From positions 1,533-65,532 of the forward strand of contig VGNY01000001.1 in NCBI GenBank assembly GCA_016865895.1: 64,000 nt of DNA, written 5' to 3'. Position numbers and translations under genes: made by a program. The stretch's first letter is position 1. Every line of letters starts with the position of its first letter. The notes under the pieces are model-generated. The model did no database searches. It saw only the letters and a list, made by a program, of their open reading frames with translations, and was not told the DNA's origin. Below are positions 26,635 through 35,144 of this stretch, one piece after another. The stretch is from Chloroflexota bacterium. GTDB lineage: Bacteria > Chloroflexota > Dehalococcoidia > GIF9 > UBA5629.

Positions 26635-29001
26635 TTACACCTGTAGTCTGGTGCGGGCGATTATCTCCCGCTTAGCGGCATCGGGGAGGTCATCAAAATA
26701 GGCACAGTAACCAGATACGCGTACTACCAACTCCGGATATTTGTCCGGATTGCGGCAGGCATCCTCCAGCATCTCAGGGTCAAGCACATTTAACTGCATC
26801 TCCAGCCCTTTTGAACCGAAAAAGCCCTTCACCAGACCGGTAAGTATGTCCACTCCCCGGTCACCGGCCATGCTCTGAGGGTCAAAACGAAGATTCATAG
26901 CATACCCATTTGGCGACAATGTAGAGTCCACATGCGCCACCGAGTTAAGCAGCGCCGTAGGACCAAGGCGGTCACAGCCATTGGTTGCCCCCAGGCTGGC
27001 AGCAAATGGCTCCCCAGCATTTCTGCCACTGGGTAAAGCGCCGGTTTGCTTGCCAAAGGCTACGTGGCAGGTCACGGAATGAAATCCAGGCACATAATGA
27101 CCACCTCGCGTGTTGCGGTGTCGGGACAAAGCCGAATGGAAGATATTCACCACCTGATTGGCATAGCCATCAGGAAGGTGATGGTCGTTGCCATATTTCG
27201 GTGCTTTAAGCAGTTCAGCCTGAAGCTCAGGGACCAAAGCGAAATTGTCATGCAAAGCCTCCAACACCTGAGCCATAGTATACTTGCAGCGTTGAAAAAC
27301 CACATCGTCCAGAGCTGCCAGTGAATCCGCCACATCCGCCACTCCCACACCCTGAATACCGCTGGAGTTATACAAAGCTCCACCTGCAGTTATATCACGC
27401 CCCGATTCCAGACAGCCGTCCACCAGCATAGAAGAAAATGGCGTGGGGTGATAATCACAATTCCCTTTCTCAATCACCTGGAGGTCATAAATCATGCGTT
27501 CCACCATATACTCCACCTGCACACGGAAGGCTTCAATCACCTGGTCAATATTTATAAACGAGGCAGGCTCTGGAGTGGCGGCGCCGATTCTGCGACCGCT
27601 GTTGAGTCGTTTGCCCTGACTAAGCGCCAGCTCGAGGCAGATGGGTAAATTGAACAACCCCGCATCCGTGGAGAAAAAGCTTTTCCCTGGCAAGGATAGT
27701 TCAACACAGCCTACCACGGCATAATTTCGTGCCTCTGCCAGCGGATAGCCATGAGCGACAAGCGAGGCTATAGCAGCCTCGTCATTGAACAGCGCTGGTA
27801 CCCCATTGCCTTTCCTGACCACATCAGCTACTCGCCTCAGGTAATTGTCTGGGGAACCGGCATGAACTCGAGCCTGATAGTTAGGGTCTCTCAAACCAGA
27901 TTCCTCCATCACATCAAGAAAGAGATAGGTAAGGTCGTTAACCACATCTCTGCCCTCTCTGTCCATACCCCCGACTATCGCCGCTTGCACCACCAAGTAA
28001 CCACCATGATACTGGCTGACTCCTTCAGAAAGCAGGAAAACATGCTCGGTAGCCTTAGCTGAAAAACAAAGCAGGAGTTCCCTGGCTCGCTGTGAGGTAA
28101 TTCGCCCTTCTTCCAGGTCACCTCGGTAATAAGGATAAAGATACTGGTCCATCCTACCGAAGGAGATAGCCGAGTTCAGCCCCTCCAGACAAACTGCCAT
28201 GTGCGTCAGCCACAGCGACTGCAAGGCTTCATGAAAGGTTTCAGCCGGGTTACATGGGACTTTGCGACAGATACGTGCTATCTCTTTAAGCTCAGCAGCA
28301 CGCTCAGCACCCTTCTCCTCAAGGGCTACTCGCTCAGCCTCATCGGCAACGCGCCCAGCGAAATCAACCAGACCTTCGCAGGCAATGCGAGCCGCTTGGT
28401 ACAGGTCACCTTCTTTTCCCGCCGTGGTTTCTAAATAACCCTTCACACCCAGCTTAAGCATTTTTTCGTAATTAGGCAGGAAATGTCCGATGCCGCCGGC
28501 TTCGTTTATCAGGTAACAAGCAGCATTAAGCTGCTCTAACACATAACGCAGTAGCTCCCGCCACCGCCCTGAGAAAGCCCGCACCGGCATATTGCGGAAA
28601 AGCCAGTAAGGGAAGACACCAAACAGCAGCTTCAAACGGTCGCGCCAGGGCATGCGCAAAGGAGTAGTCTTCCGCTTATCAATCCACAGCAAGTCTGTGG
28701 ACATGAACACACCGCTCAGTTCAGGCTGGATAATCGCCGAGATGCGCTGGCTGCCCATATTGCCCACGATAAGCTCATCAGGATAAATTCGCACCGACTT
28801 ATACCTTAAAAGATAGCGCAAAGCCTTAGCCTTGCGTACTATCATCGGTTCAGTTGGGTCATCGTGATGCTTAAAGAAGTCGGTAATGAGATATGCCCGC
28901 TCCGAGCATAGGTGGACAGGCGTGGAGAGGAGTTCTTTCTTTATGCGCCTAAACCGCTCCGAGATTTCTCTCTTTTCAATGGTTCTAACTTGCTCTGCCA
29001 C
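26635..29001 (-). CDS. glycyl-radical enzyme (pyruvate formate-lyase-like superfamily, substrate unknown)
   Basis: 788 aa. C-terminal glycyl-radical motif VVRVSGYCAYF. Single catalytic Cys in VVGCVELS, which is the GCVE type rather than the CC pair of PFL. Confidence 0.85.
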   Translation of the reverse strand: MAEQVRTIEKREISERFRRIKKELLSTPVHLCSERAYLITDFFKHHDDPTEPMIVRKAKALRYLLRYKSVRIYPDELIVGNMGSQRISAIIQPELSGVFMSTDLLWIDKRKTTPLRMPWRDRLKLLFGVFPYWLFRNMPVRAFSGRWRELLRYVLEQLNAACYLINEAGGIGHFLPNYEKMLKLGVKGYLETTAGKEGDLYQAARIACEGLVDFAGRVADEAERVALEEKGAERAAELKEIARICRKVPCNPAETFHEALQSLWLTHMAVCLEGLNSAISFGRMDQYLYPYYRGDLEEGRITSQRARELLLCFSAKATEHVFLLSEGVSQYHGGYLVVQAAIVGGMDREGRDVVNDLTYLFLDVMEESGLRDPNYQARVHAGSPDNYLRRVADVVRKGNGVPALFNDEAAIASLVAHGYPLAEARNYAVVGCVELSLPGKSFFSTDAGLFNLPICLELALSQGKRLNSGRRIGAATPEPASFINIDQVIEAFRVQVEYMVERMIYDLQVIEKGNCDYHPTPFSSMLVDGCLESGRDITAGGALYNSSGIQGVGVADVADSLAALDDVVFQRCKYTMAQVLEALHDNFALVPELQAELLKAPKYGNDHHLPDGYANQVVNIFHSALSRHRNTRGGHYVPGFHSVTCHVAFGKQTGALPSGRNAGEPFAASLGATNGCDRLGPTALLNSVAHVDSTLSPNGYAMNLRFDPQSMAGDRGVDILTGLVKGFFGSKGLEMQLNVLDPEMLEDACRNPDKYPELVVRVSGYCAYFDDLPDAAKREIIARTRLQV

Positions 29002-29062
29002 AGGTACTCCTACTCCCGATGCAGCATAGGCTATTCCGTGCTCCTATGTCAAGAATTTGAAG

Positions 29063-29279
29063 TGTCATCGCGAGGAGCGTAAGCGACATGGCGATCCCTG
29101 TTCCCCTTTCTGTCATTCTGAAGGAGCCCTTCCATGGAAGGGCAACTGAAGAATCTCAACTCCGGGTAAACCCTTCGCTACGCCCGAGGGCAGGCTCCGC
29201 GACCAAAAAATCTTGGGGGTGATGCAATGGGATTCTTCGCTACGCTCAGAATGACAGGGGCGAAGCGCTCGCAATAACA
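29063..29279. repeat. nested MITE-like elements: family A copy (29111-29256) inside a GTCATCGCGAG/CTCGCAATAAC-type copy
   Basis: Outer termini are tgtcatcgcgag (29063) and ctcgcaataaca (29279). Inner termini are tgtcattctgaag (29111) and ctcagaatgaca (29256). Confidence 0.65.
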
Positions 29280-29295
29280 TGAGGAATGAAATATA

Positions 29296-30384
29296 ATGGA
29301 GAACAGAAAGATGGCTAAAGGTAGTACGAATAAAGCGAAAGTCCTGGTGGTGGATGACGAGGCACGGATAAGGGAAATCGTGTCCCGCAGGCTAACTGAG
29401 GCAGGTTACCAATGCACCACAGCCTCCGATGGCAGCAGCGCATTAAAGAAACTAAAGACCAAGCCGATAGACCTGGTTTTGCTGGACATCAACATGCCGG
29501 GAAAATCCGGCGTGGAGGTGCTGAAAGAAATCAAGGGCAAGTATTCAGATACCGCAATCATCATGGTAACCGCCATAGCCGAAGTAGAAACGGCTATCAA
29601 CGCAATGAAACTAGGGGCTTATGACTATATCATCAAACCTGTTGACCACAAGATACTCCTGATTAGCGCCGACAGAGCCTTAGAAAAGAGAAGGCTGATA
29701 CTGGAGAATAAAGCCTACCAGCTTCACCTCGAGGAGAAGGTCAAAGAACAGACTGAGAAGATACGCCAGTCATTTCTCAGCTCCATCACCTCACTAGCCC
29801 GTGCACTGGAAGCCAAAGATGCCTACACCAGTGGCCATTCCGAGAGGGTGACAAAGATAGCTGTTGCCATTGCCGAGGAGATGAATATGCCGGAAGACAG
29901 GATTGAAAAGATACGCATTGCCGGTTTGCTCCACGATATCGGGAAGATAGGGGTGATGGAGTCGGTTCTGAGCAAGCCGGACAAGCTTACCAATGAGGAA
30001 TTTGAGCATGTAAAGTCTCACTGCGAAATAGGACAACGCATTTTATCACCCATCATAGAGGACGAGGAAATACTGGATATAGTGGTACATCACCACGAAC
30101 GTTATGACGGAACCGGCTATCCCCACAGGCTATCGGCAGAGCAAATATCACCCGGGGCTAAAATCATGGCAGTTGCAGAAGCATATGATGTTGTATTATC
30201 ACAGAGTGCAAAGATTTTGGCAGTTGCCGATGCCTACGATGCCATGACATCCAAACGGCCCTATAGACCAGCAATGTCCCACAAAGCTGCCTGCGCCGAG
30301 CTGGAGAAGGGCAAAGGAACACAGTTCGACCCAGCCGTAGTGGACGCCCTTCTCCAGACAATCGCTAAACTCAGGAAACTATAA
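29296..30384 (+). CDS. response regulator with HD-GYP phosphodiesterase output domain
   Basis: REC domain (VLVVDDE, LLDINMPG, KP). HD-GYP domain (HDIGK, HHERYDGTGYP, AVADAYDAMTSKRPYR). Confidence 0.85.
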   Translation: MENRKMAKGSTNKAKVLVVDDEARIREIVSRRLTEAGYQCTTASDGSSALKKLKTKPIDLVLLDINMPGKSGVEVLKEIKGKYSDTAIIMVTAIAEVETAINAMKLGAYDYIIKPVDHKILLISADRALEKRRLILENKAYQLHLEEKVKEQTEKIRQSFLSSITSLARALEAKDAYTSGHSERVTKIAVAIAEEMNMPEDRIEKIRIAGLLHDIGKIGVMESVLSKPDKLTNEEFEHVKSHCEIGQRILSPIIEDEEILDIVVHHHERYDGTGYPHRLSAEQISPGAKIMAVAEAYDVVLSQSAKILAVADAYDAMTSKRPYRPAMSHKAACAELEKGKGTQFDPAVVDALLQTIAKLRKL

Positions 30385-30397
30385 CCAATCGCCTTCA

Positions 30398-30507
30398 TGT
30401 CATCGTGCGACTTCTTCCTCATGTCATTGCGAGCCCTTCGCTTTTTGTCATTTTGAAGGAGCGAAGCGACTGAAGAATCTCCACTCATGATAAACTCCGC
30501 AATGACA
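30398..30507. repeat. cluster of family A-type repeat arms
   Basis: tgtcatcgtgcgac (30398), tgtcattgcgag (30422), tgtcattttgaaggagcgaagcgactgaagaatctc (30446) and ctccgcaatgaca (30495-30507). Confidence 0.6.
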
Positions 30508-30527
30508 ATGGAGGGAAATCGAGAGCG

Positions 30528-30550
30528 GTCAAGGGGCTTACGCCCCTGAC
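30528..30550. terminator. hairpin between convergent genes (ggggc-ttac-gcccc core, extended by gtc/gac)
   Basis: GC-rich stem between the response-regulator stop and the cbiO stop. There is no clear T-run on either side. Confidence 0.25.
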
Positions 30551-30585
30551 AATAGCAACAGGGGAAAGTCGCAACTCCAGTCAGC

Positions 30586-31296
30586 CTACCGAGGTGCTAG
30601 CCCATGCGCCTTGAGCAAAGGAATATCATCCAAAATGTCTTCGGTATTGCCATCGGCTACAATCTCCCCCCCATCCATCACCACCGTCCGTTGGCACAAA
30701 GCCCTGACTAGATCCAGGTCATGAGTAGCGATTATCTTCGTCATCGGAAACTGTTTCAGTAGTTCTATCAGAGACCACTTGCTTCTCGGGTCAAGGTTGC
30801 TGGTGGGCTCATCAATGACCAGAACCTCCGGGTTTAGAGACAGAACAGTGGCAATAGCTACCCGCTTTTTCTCGCCGACGCTGAGATGATGTGGCGAACG
30901 ATGTTCATAGCCACTCATCCCCACCCACTCCAGGGCTTGAGTCACCCGTTGCTTCACCTCAGATTCGGAATAGCCCATATTTATCGGGCCAAAGGCAACA
31001 TCATCGAAAACGCTCAGCGAGAAAAGCTGGTCTTCCGGGTCCTGAAATACCAGGCCAACCCTTTTCCTTATCTCCTTCAGATTTTTCTCCTCCATCGGTA
31101 GCCCACAAATCTCCACCGTACTGTTACCACGGAGGACACCATTCAAATGAAGCAACAGCGTTGATTTCCCGGCACCATTCGGGCCTATCATGGCTACATT
31201 CTCGCCAGGGTAAATAGTTAGGTCAACGCTCTTCAGCCCCTGATTCCCATCAGGATAGGTATAAGAAACGCTCTTAATGTCAACAACTTTATCCAT
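30586..31296 (-). CDS. cbiO: ECF transporter ATPase (cobalt/nickel type)
   Basis: Walker A GPNGAGKS. Signature LSVGEKKR. Walker B VLVIDEP. Last gene of the cbiM-PDGLE-cbiQ-cbiO string. Confidence 0.85.
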   Translation of the reverse strand: MDKVVDIKSVSYTYPDGNQGLKSVDLTIYPGENVAMIGPNGAGKSTLLLHLNGVLRGNSTVEICGLPMEEKNLKEIRKRVGLVFQDPEDQLFSLSVFDDVAFGPINMGYSESEVKQRVTQALEWVGMSGYEHRSPHHLSVGEKKRVAIATVLSLNPEVLVIDEPTSNLDPRSKWSLIELLKQFPMTKIIATHDLDLVRALCQRTVVMDGGEIVADGNTEDILDDIPLLKAHGLAPR

Positions 31297-31302
31297 GACT
31301 TC

Positions 31303-32079
31303 TCAACCTAACCACCAGATAATATACGGGGAAACGAGCACCATGCAAAAGATTACACCAAAGTAAGCATCGGCTGGCCTGAAACTTAAGTTGTGCAACG
31401 TTCGAACCTGACCATCAAAACCTCTGGACAACATGGCGGCATAAATCCTCTCCCCCCGCTCATAACTCCTAATAAACAAGGTGCCCACCATGTTGCCGAT
31501 AGTCTTCAGCTGATGCAACCGGTTGCCACCGAAGTTGCGGCTGTCACGAGCCTGCTGCATCCGCATCACTTCATCCACCAGAACAAAGATATAGCGATAC
31601 ATAAAAGAAAGAATCAATATCATCACCTGAGGCGTGCCCAATTGCTTCAAACCTTTTAACAGGTCAGCAAGCTTTGTTGTCGATGACAGCAAAATTAAAC
31701 CTAAAATACAGAGCCAAGCTTTCACCACCACATTTGCCAAAATAAACAGGCCACTGTAAGTTACCGAGACTTGCCACATCCAGATGTTATAGCTGCCAGC
31801 TAATTCCCCCTCTTTGAAAAAGGGAATAAATACAGCAATCAGCAAAACAAACGGGAAAATGACCAGAGACCTTTTTAGAACATAAAGAGGCGGCAACCTG
31901 GAAAGAATTAGCAACACTGCAATGACACAGAAGTAGCAGACAAAAATCCGCCAGTTATTGGCCGGTGTCAATACCACCGCCACGATGAAAGCCAGACTGG
32001 CAATGAGCTTAGTCCGCGGGTCAAGTCTGTGGATAAAACTGTCAAGGTCACTATATTCGTCAATAAAACTATGCTTCAC
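31303..32079 (-). CDS. cbiQ: ECF transporter transmembrane (T) component
   Basis: 258-aa polytopic protein. LDPRTKL N-terminal motif and conserved ARDSR-like MQQARDSRNF loop. Confidence 0.8.
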   Translation of the reverse strand: MKHSFIDEYSDLDSFIHRLDPRTKLIASLAFIVAVVLTPANNWRIFVCYFCVIAVLLILSRLPPLYVLKRSLVIFPFVLLIAVFIPFFKEGELAGSYNIWMWQVSVTYSGLFILANVVVKAWLCILGLILLSSTTKLADLLKGLKQLGTPQVMILILSFMYRYIFVLVDEVMRMQQARDSRNFGGNRLHQLKTIGNMVGTLFIRSYERGERIYAAMLSRGFDGQVRTLHNLSFRPADAYFGVIFCMVLVSPYIIWWLG

Positions 32080-32347
32080 GTCTTACACTCAACAGTTTGG
32101 CTAATCCATAACCGATGCCAAAAAGAATAGCAGTACCCACTATTCCAGCCAGAATCGTAGCTACAGCCTCATTCGTGACCCCTGGTATAACATAGTCAGG
32201 GATAATTTTGTAGACAGGCTCAAGAGCTGCCTCGATAAACCCCTTGTTCTCAGCAACCCTCTCCAGTCCATCAGGAGACGAAGAAGCCAGTGGAGATAAT
32301 ATAGCCAAAATAAAAGCTAAAATCAAAGCGCCATGCCACCATTTCAT
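32069..32347 (-). CDS. PDGLE-domain small membrane protein (CbiN-like accessory component)
   Basis: 92 aa. Literal SSPDGLERV motif. N- and C-terminal TM segments. Overlaps cbiQ by 11 nt. Confidence 0.7.
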   Translation of the reverse strand: MKWWHGALILAFILAILSPLASSSPDGLERVAENKGFIEAALEPVYKIIPDYVIPGVTNEAVATILAGIVGTAILFGIGYGLAKLLSVRREA

Positions 32348-32380
32348 TTCAATCTGACCTCCTTAAAAAGAGTTTTTATT

Positions 32381-32441
32381 AATGTAGTGCGAGGCTTTAG
32401 CCTCGCTGGAGAAAGGCGACCCTAAAGGGTCGCACTATATT
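32381..32441. repeat. family D palindromic element inside the cbi operon
   Basis: aatgtagtgcgaggc ttta gcctcgc ... gcgaccc taaa gggtcgcactatatt. It is the inverted arrangement of the copy at 34196-34256. Confidence 0.7.
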
Positions 32442-32471
32442 GAAAAATAAACTGTTAATGAACAACCTCCT

Positions 32472-33110
32472 TTAAGCCTTCTGCAGTTCTAACAGGTCAG
32501 CTCTGACTGCTAACACCAAGCTGAGCACCGCTGCTGTTATCAACCCCTCACCAATGCCGATAAGAGCATGAACACCCGCCATTGCCGGCAAAGCTACGCC
32601 TAATGGTACAATACCTGAAACTGCCAGCTCCAGGGCACAGGCTACAGATGCTGCCACCACCGTGAGCCAGGCAGCAACACCACTACCCACCATTATACCT
32701 AACTTCCGCTTGCTGAAAAGCGAAGCTAGTCCCAGATAAACATAATAACCAACAAAACAGGCAACAACACCCATATTTACGATATTAGCTCCTAAAGCGA
32801 GCAGCCCCCCATCCTGAAAAATCAGACTTTGCACAGCCAGCACACAGGTCATTATCAGCACACCTGCCCATGGCCCCACCAAAATAGCAGCCAGAGCAGC
32901 TCCTATAAGATGCCCCGATGTGCCCCCAGCTATGGGAAAATTCAACATCTGGGCGGCAAAGATAAAAGCAGCCAATACCCCCATCAGCGGTATCCACTTC
33001 TCGCCCATCTTCTTGTTCGTCGCCTTAACTGCATAGGCAACACTGCCAGCAGCCACAGCAATCCCGGCTACTGCTACCGGCATACTGACAAAACCATCTG
33101 GAATATGCAT
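32472..33110 (-). CDS. cbiM: ECF transporter substrate-capture component, cobalt/nickel type
   Basis: Starts MHIPDGF, the characteristic CbiM/NikM N-terminus. 212-aa polytopic protein. Confidence 0.85.
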   Translation of the reverse strand: MHIPDGFVSMPVAVAGIAVAAGSVAYAVKATNKKMGEKWIPLMGVLAAFIFAAQMLNFPIAGGTSGHLIGAALAAILVGPWAGVLIMTCVLAVQSLIFQDGGLLALGANIVNMGVVACFVGYYVYLGLASLFSKRKLGIMVGSGVAAWLTVVAASVACALELAVSGIVPLGVALPAMAGVHALIGIGEGLITAAVLSLVLAVRADLLELQKA

Positions 33111-33149
33111 CGAAATCCTCCCTTATCAAATTTATTCAATTAAATGCAA

Positions 33150-33165
33150 CTGCAACTAATTGCAC
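33150..33165. promoter_or_regulatory. candidate operator (cTGCAACTAATTGCAc) upstream of cbiM
   Basis: The 14-nt near-palindrome TGCAACTAATTGCA differs by 1 nt from TGCAACTATTTGCA at 33637-33650, upstream of the adjacent Fur-family gene. Confidence 0.45.
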
Positions 33166-33189
33166 TAAGTACTAAAAATAAAAAGCCTC

Positions 33190-33603
33190 CTAGCCACCTT
33201 GACATTTAGAACACAAACCAAAAACAGCCATGTGTTTCAAATCAGCCTTAAACTGATACATATCAGTCAGAGTTTCTTCCAAGGGGTTCAGTGCCGACTC
33301 AGGCAAATCAATTAGTCTGCCACACTTCTGGCACACGAGATGGTGATGGTGTCCTCTTTCTGCAGGGTGAAAACGGACACATCCGTCACCCAGAGCGATT
33401 TCGGTAACCAACCCAAGTTCCTTTAATAATTCAAGTGTCCGGTAAACCGTAGAGATGTTAGCATAAGGATACCTGGCTTTAACTTGAGCATAAATCTCCT
33501 CAGCGCTAACATGCTCATCAGCACTATGTAGAGCATCAACCACCATCATCCGCTGCGGAGTCAACCGATAGCCCTTTCCCTTAAGCGTATGACCACAACT
33601 CAT
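33190..33603 (-). CDS. Fur-family metalloregulator
   Basis: LTPQRMMVVDAL winged-helix N-terminus. HHHHLVCQKCG...CSKC contains the two CxxC structural-Zn pairs. Start moved to the ATG at 33603. Confidence 0.8.
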   Translation of the reverse strand: MSCGHTLKGKGYRLTPQRMMVVDALHSADEHVSAEEIYAQVKARYPYANISTVYRTLELLKELGLVTEIALGDGCVRFHPAERGHHHHLVCQKCGRLIDLPESALNPLEETLTDMYQFKADLKHMAVFGLCSKCQGG

Positions 33604-33635
33604 AACCACAAGATTATAACACAGCTCGGAAATTA

Positions 33636-33667
33636 TTGCAACTATTTGCATTAGCAACTAATTGAAT
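33636..33667. promoter_or_regulatory. two tandem 16-bp candidate operator units upstream of the Fur-family gene
   Basis: TTGCAACTATTTGCAT + TAGCAACTAATTGAAT. They share gcaactaattg with the cbiM-proximal site. A TATAAT (minus strand, 33618-33613) lies only 9 nt from the ATG. Confidence 0.45.
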
Positions 33668-33668
33668 T

Positions 33669-34121
33669 TCAAAAAAATTTCTCTTTGCTATCCAACGCTA
33701 TGGTAACCGGACCATCATTACATATTTCCACCAACATATGCTGCTGAAAACGTCCTGTCTCCACCTTCAATCCAGCAGCTCGAACCCGGTCAACGAAAAA
33801 GCTGACTAGAGCTTCAGCTTGCTCCGGTGGTGCTGCTTCTTCAAAACTAGGCCGTCGCCCCTTCCGCGTATCAGCGAGAAGAGTAAACTGGCTGATAATC
33901 AAAATCTCACCACGGGTTTCCAACGCCGAGAGATTAAACTTGCTGGCCTCATCAGCAAAGATACGAAGATTGACTATCTTGTCTGCCAGATAAACAGCGT
34001 CTCTCTCCGCATCTCCACGAGCTATCCCAACCAGGACAACCAAACCACGACCTATTTTCCCAACCACTTCACCACTGACACTTACCGATGCTCTGGTGAC
34101 ACGCTGCACTAATGCTTTCAA
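33669..34121 (-). CDS. dtd: D-aminoacyl-tRNA deacylase
   Basis: 150 aa. MKALVQRVTRASVSV N-terminus. SQFTLLADTRKGRRPSF and NDGPVTI motifs. Confidence 0.9.
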   Translation of the reverse strand: MKALVQRVTRASVSVSGEVVGKIGRGLVVLVGIARGDAERDAVYLADKIVNLRIFADEASKFNLSALETRGEILIISQFTLLADTRKGRRPSFEEAAPPEQAEALVSFFVDRVRAAGLKVETGRFQQHMLVEICNDGPVTIALDSKEKFF

Positions 34122-34195
34122 AACGTCTCCAATCTATATAGGGCTAAAAGAAAACCACAACGATACTTTGAGATTGTTTATGAACAATTTTTTTC

Positions 34196-34256
34196 AATGT
34201 AGTGTGACCCTTTAGGGTCGCCTTTCTACAGCTAGGCTAAAGCCTCGCACTACATT
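34196..34256. repeat. family D palindromic element
   Basis: aatgtagtgtgaccc ttta gggtcgc ... aggct aaagcctcgcactacatt. 61 bp, the same length as 32381-32441. Confidence 0.7.
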
Positions 34257-34361
34257 AGAAACACTCTCATATTTTACGAAAGGCAGCCCATCTAAAACAA
34301 ATTGACAGCTAAAATTTGATAGAGTACAATGGTTTCTGCGAGAGGACATGGAGGACAAAGC

Positions 34362-35144
34362 ATGATAGAGATGACAATTGATAGCATTCGCGTAAGCCTG
34401 ATGAATTACCAGCACGTAGTAATCTTAAAGGAGAAGGAATCAGACCGTTATCTGCCCATCTGGATCGGCCCAGCAGAAGCAGACGCTATATCAATAAAAT
34501 TGCAGAATGTGGATTTAACTCGGCCTATGACTCATGACCTGCTGAAGAACGCAATTTTTGCGCTGGAGTCTACATCAGGAACCATAGTAAGCAGAATTGT
34601 GGTAAACGACCTGCGCGCTGACACCTTCTACGCTCAAATAATATTTGAATCCACCGAAGGGTCAATACCAGTCAAAGTAAAGTCCTTGCCTGAAGGCAAT
34701 TCTCGTCGAGGATATGAGCAAGGGAGCTGGATATCTCTCACCTGGCAACGTAGAGAACACAAAGCAAAAATAACCAGTGAATGGCAGGAATCAGGTGAGA
34801 GATGCCTTGAAGCAGTGAATGACGATGGTTTAATGTTTGAACTTCGCTTTGACAAGAAAACCGAGCAGTGGCTACTTAATAAGATAAAGCTCGACTCTCG
34901 CCCCAGCGATGCAATTGCATTAGCAGTAAGAGTAACGGTACCAATCTATGTCGAGGAAATGGTTATGGACAAAGCCGGTATTATACTCGACCGGGAAACA
35001 GGAAAACCTATACCTATAGATAAAAGCGCTGATAAATCGGGTGGCAAGGGTAAGATTGACGAGCAGGAACTCAAGAAACTGTCAGCTTTCTACGATTTCA
35101 TTAATACACTTGACCTGGATGATTTAGGGAAGCACAAATCATAA
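34362..35144 (+). CDS. bifunctional nuclease (BFN/DUF151) family protein with an internal insertion
   Basis: Motifs VVILKEKESDRYLPIWIGPAEADAI, RPMTHDLL and DSRPSDAIALAVR. The two halves are separated by ~70 extra residues. Confidence 0.75.
   Translation: MIEMTIDSIRVSLMNYQHVVILKEKESDRYLPIWIGPAEADAISIKLQNVDLTRPMTHDLLKNAIFALESTSGTIVSRIVVNDLRADTFYAQIIFESTEGSIPVKVKSLPEGNSRRGYEQGSWISLTWQRREHKAKITSEWQESGERCLEAVNDDGLMFELRFDKKTEQWLLNKIKLDSRPSDAIALAVRVTVPIYVEEMVMDKAGIILDRETGKPIPIDKSADKSGGKGKIDEQELKKLSAFYDFINTLDLDDLGKHKS

Noticed and set aside
33111-33189. Cobalamin or Ni/Co riboswitch upstream of cbiM
   Set aside because: The gap is only 79 nt, too short for a cobalamin riboswitch. I could not see a B12-box-like motif. 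The palindromic TGCAAC motif fits protein-mediated control better.
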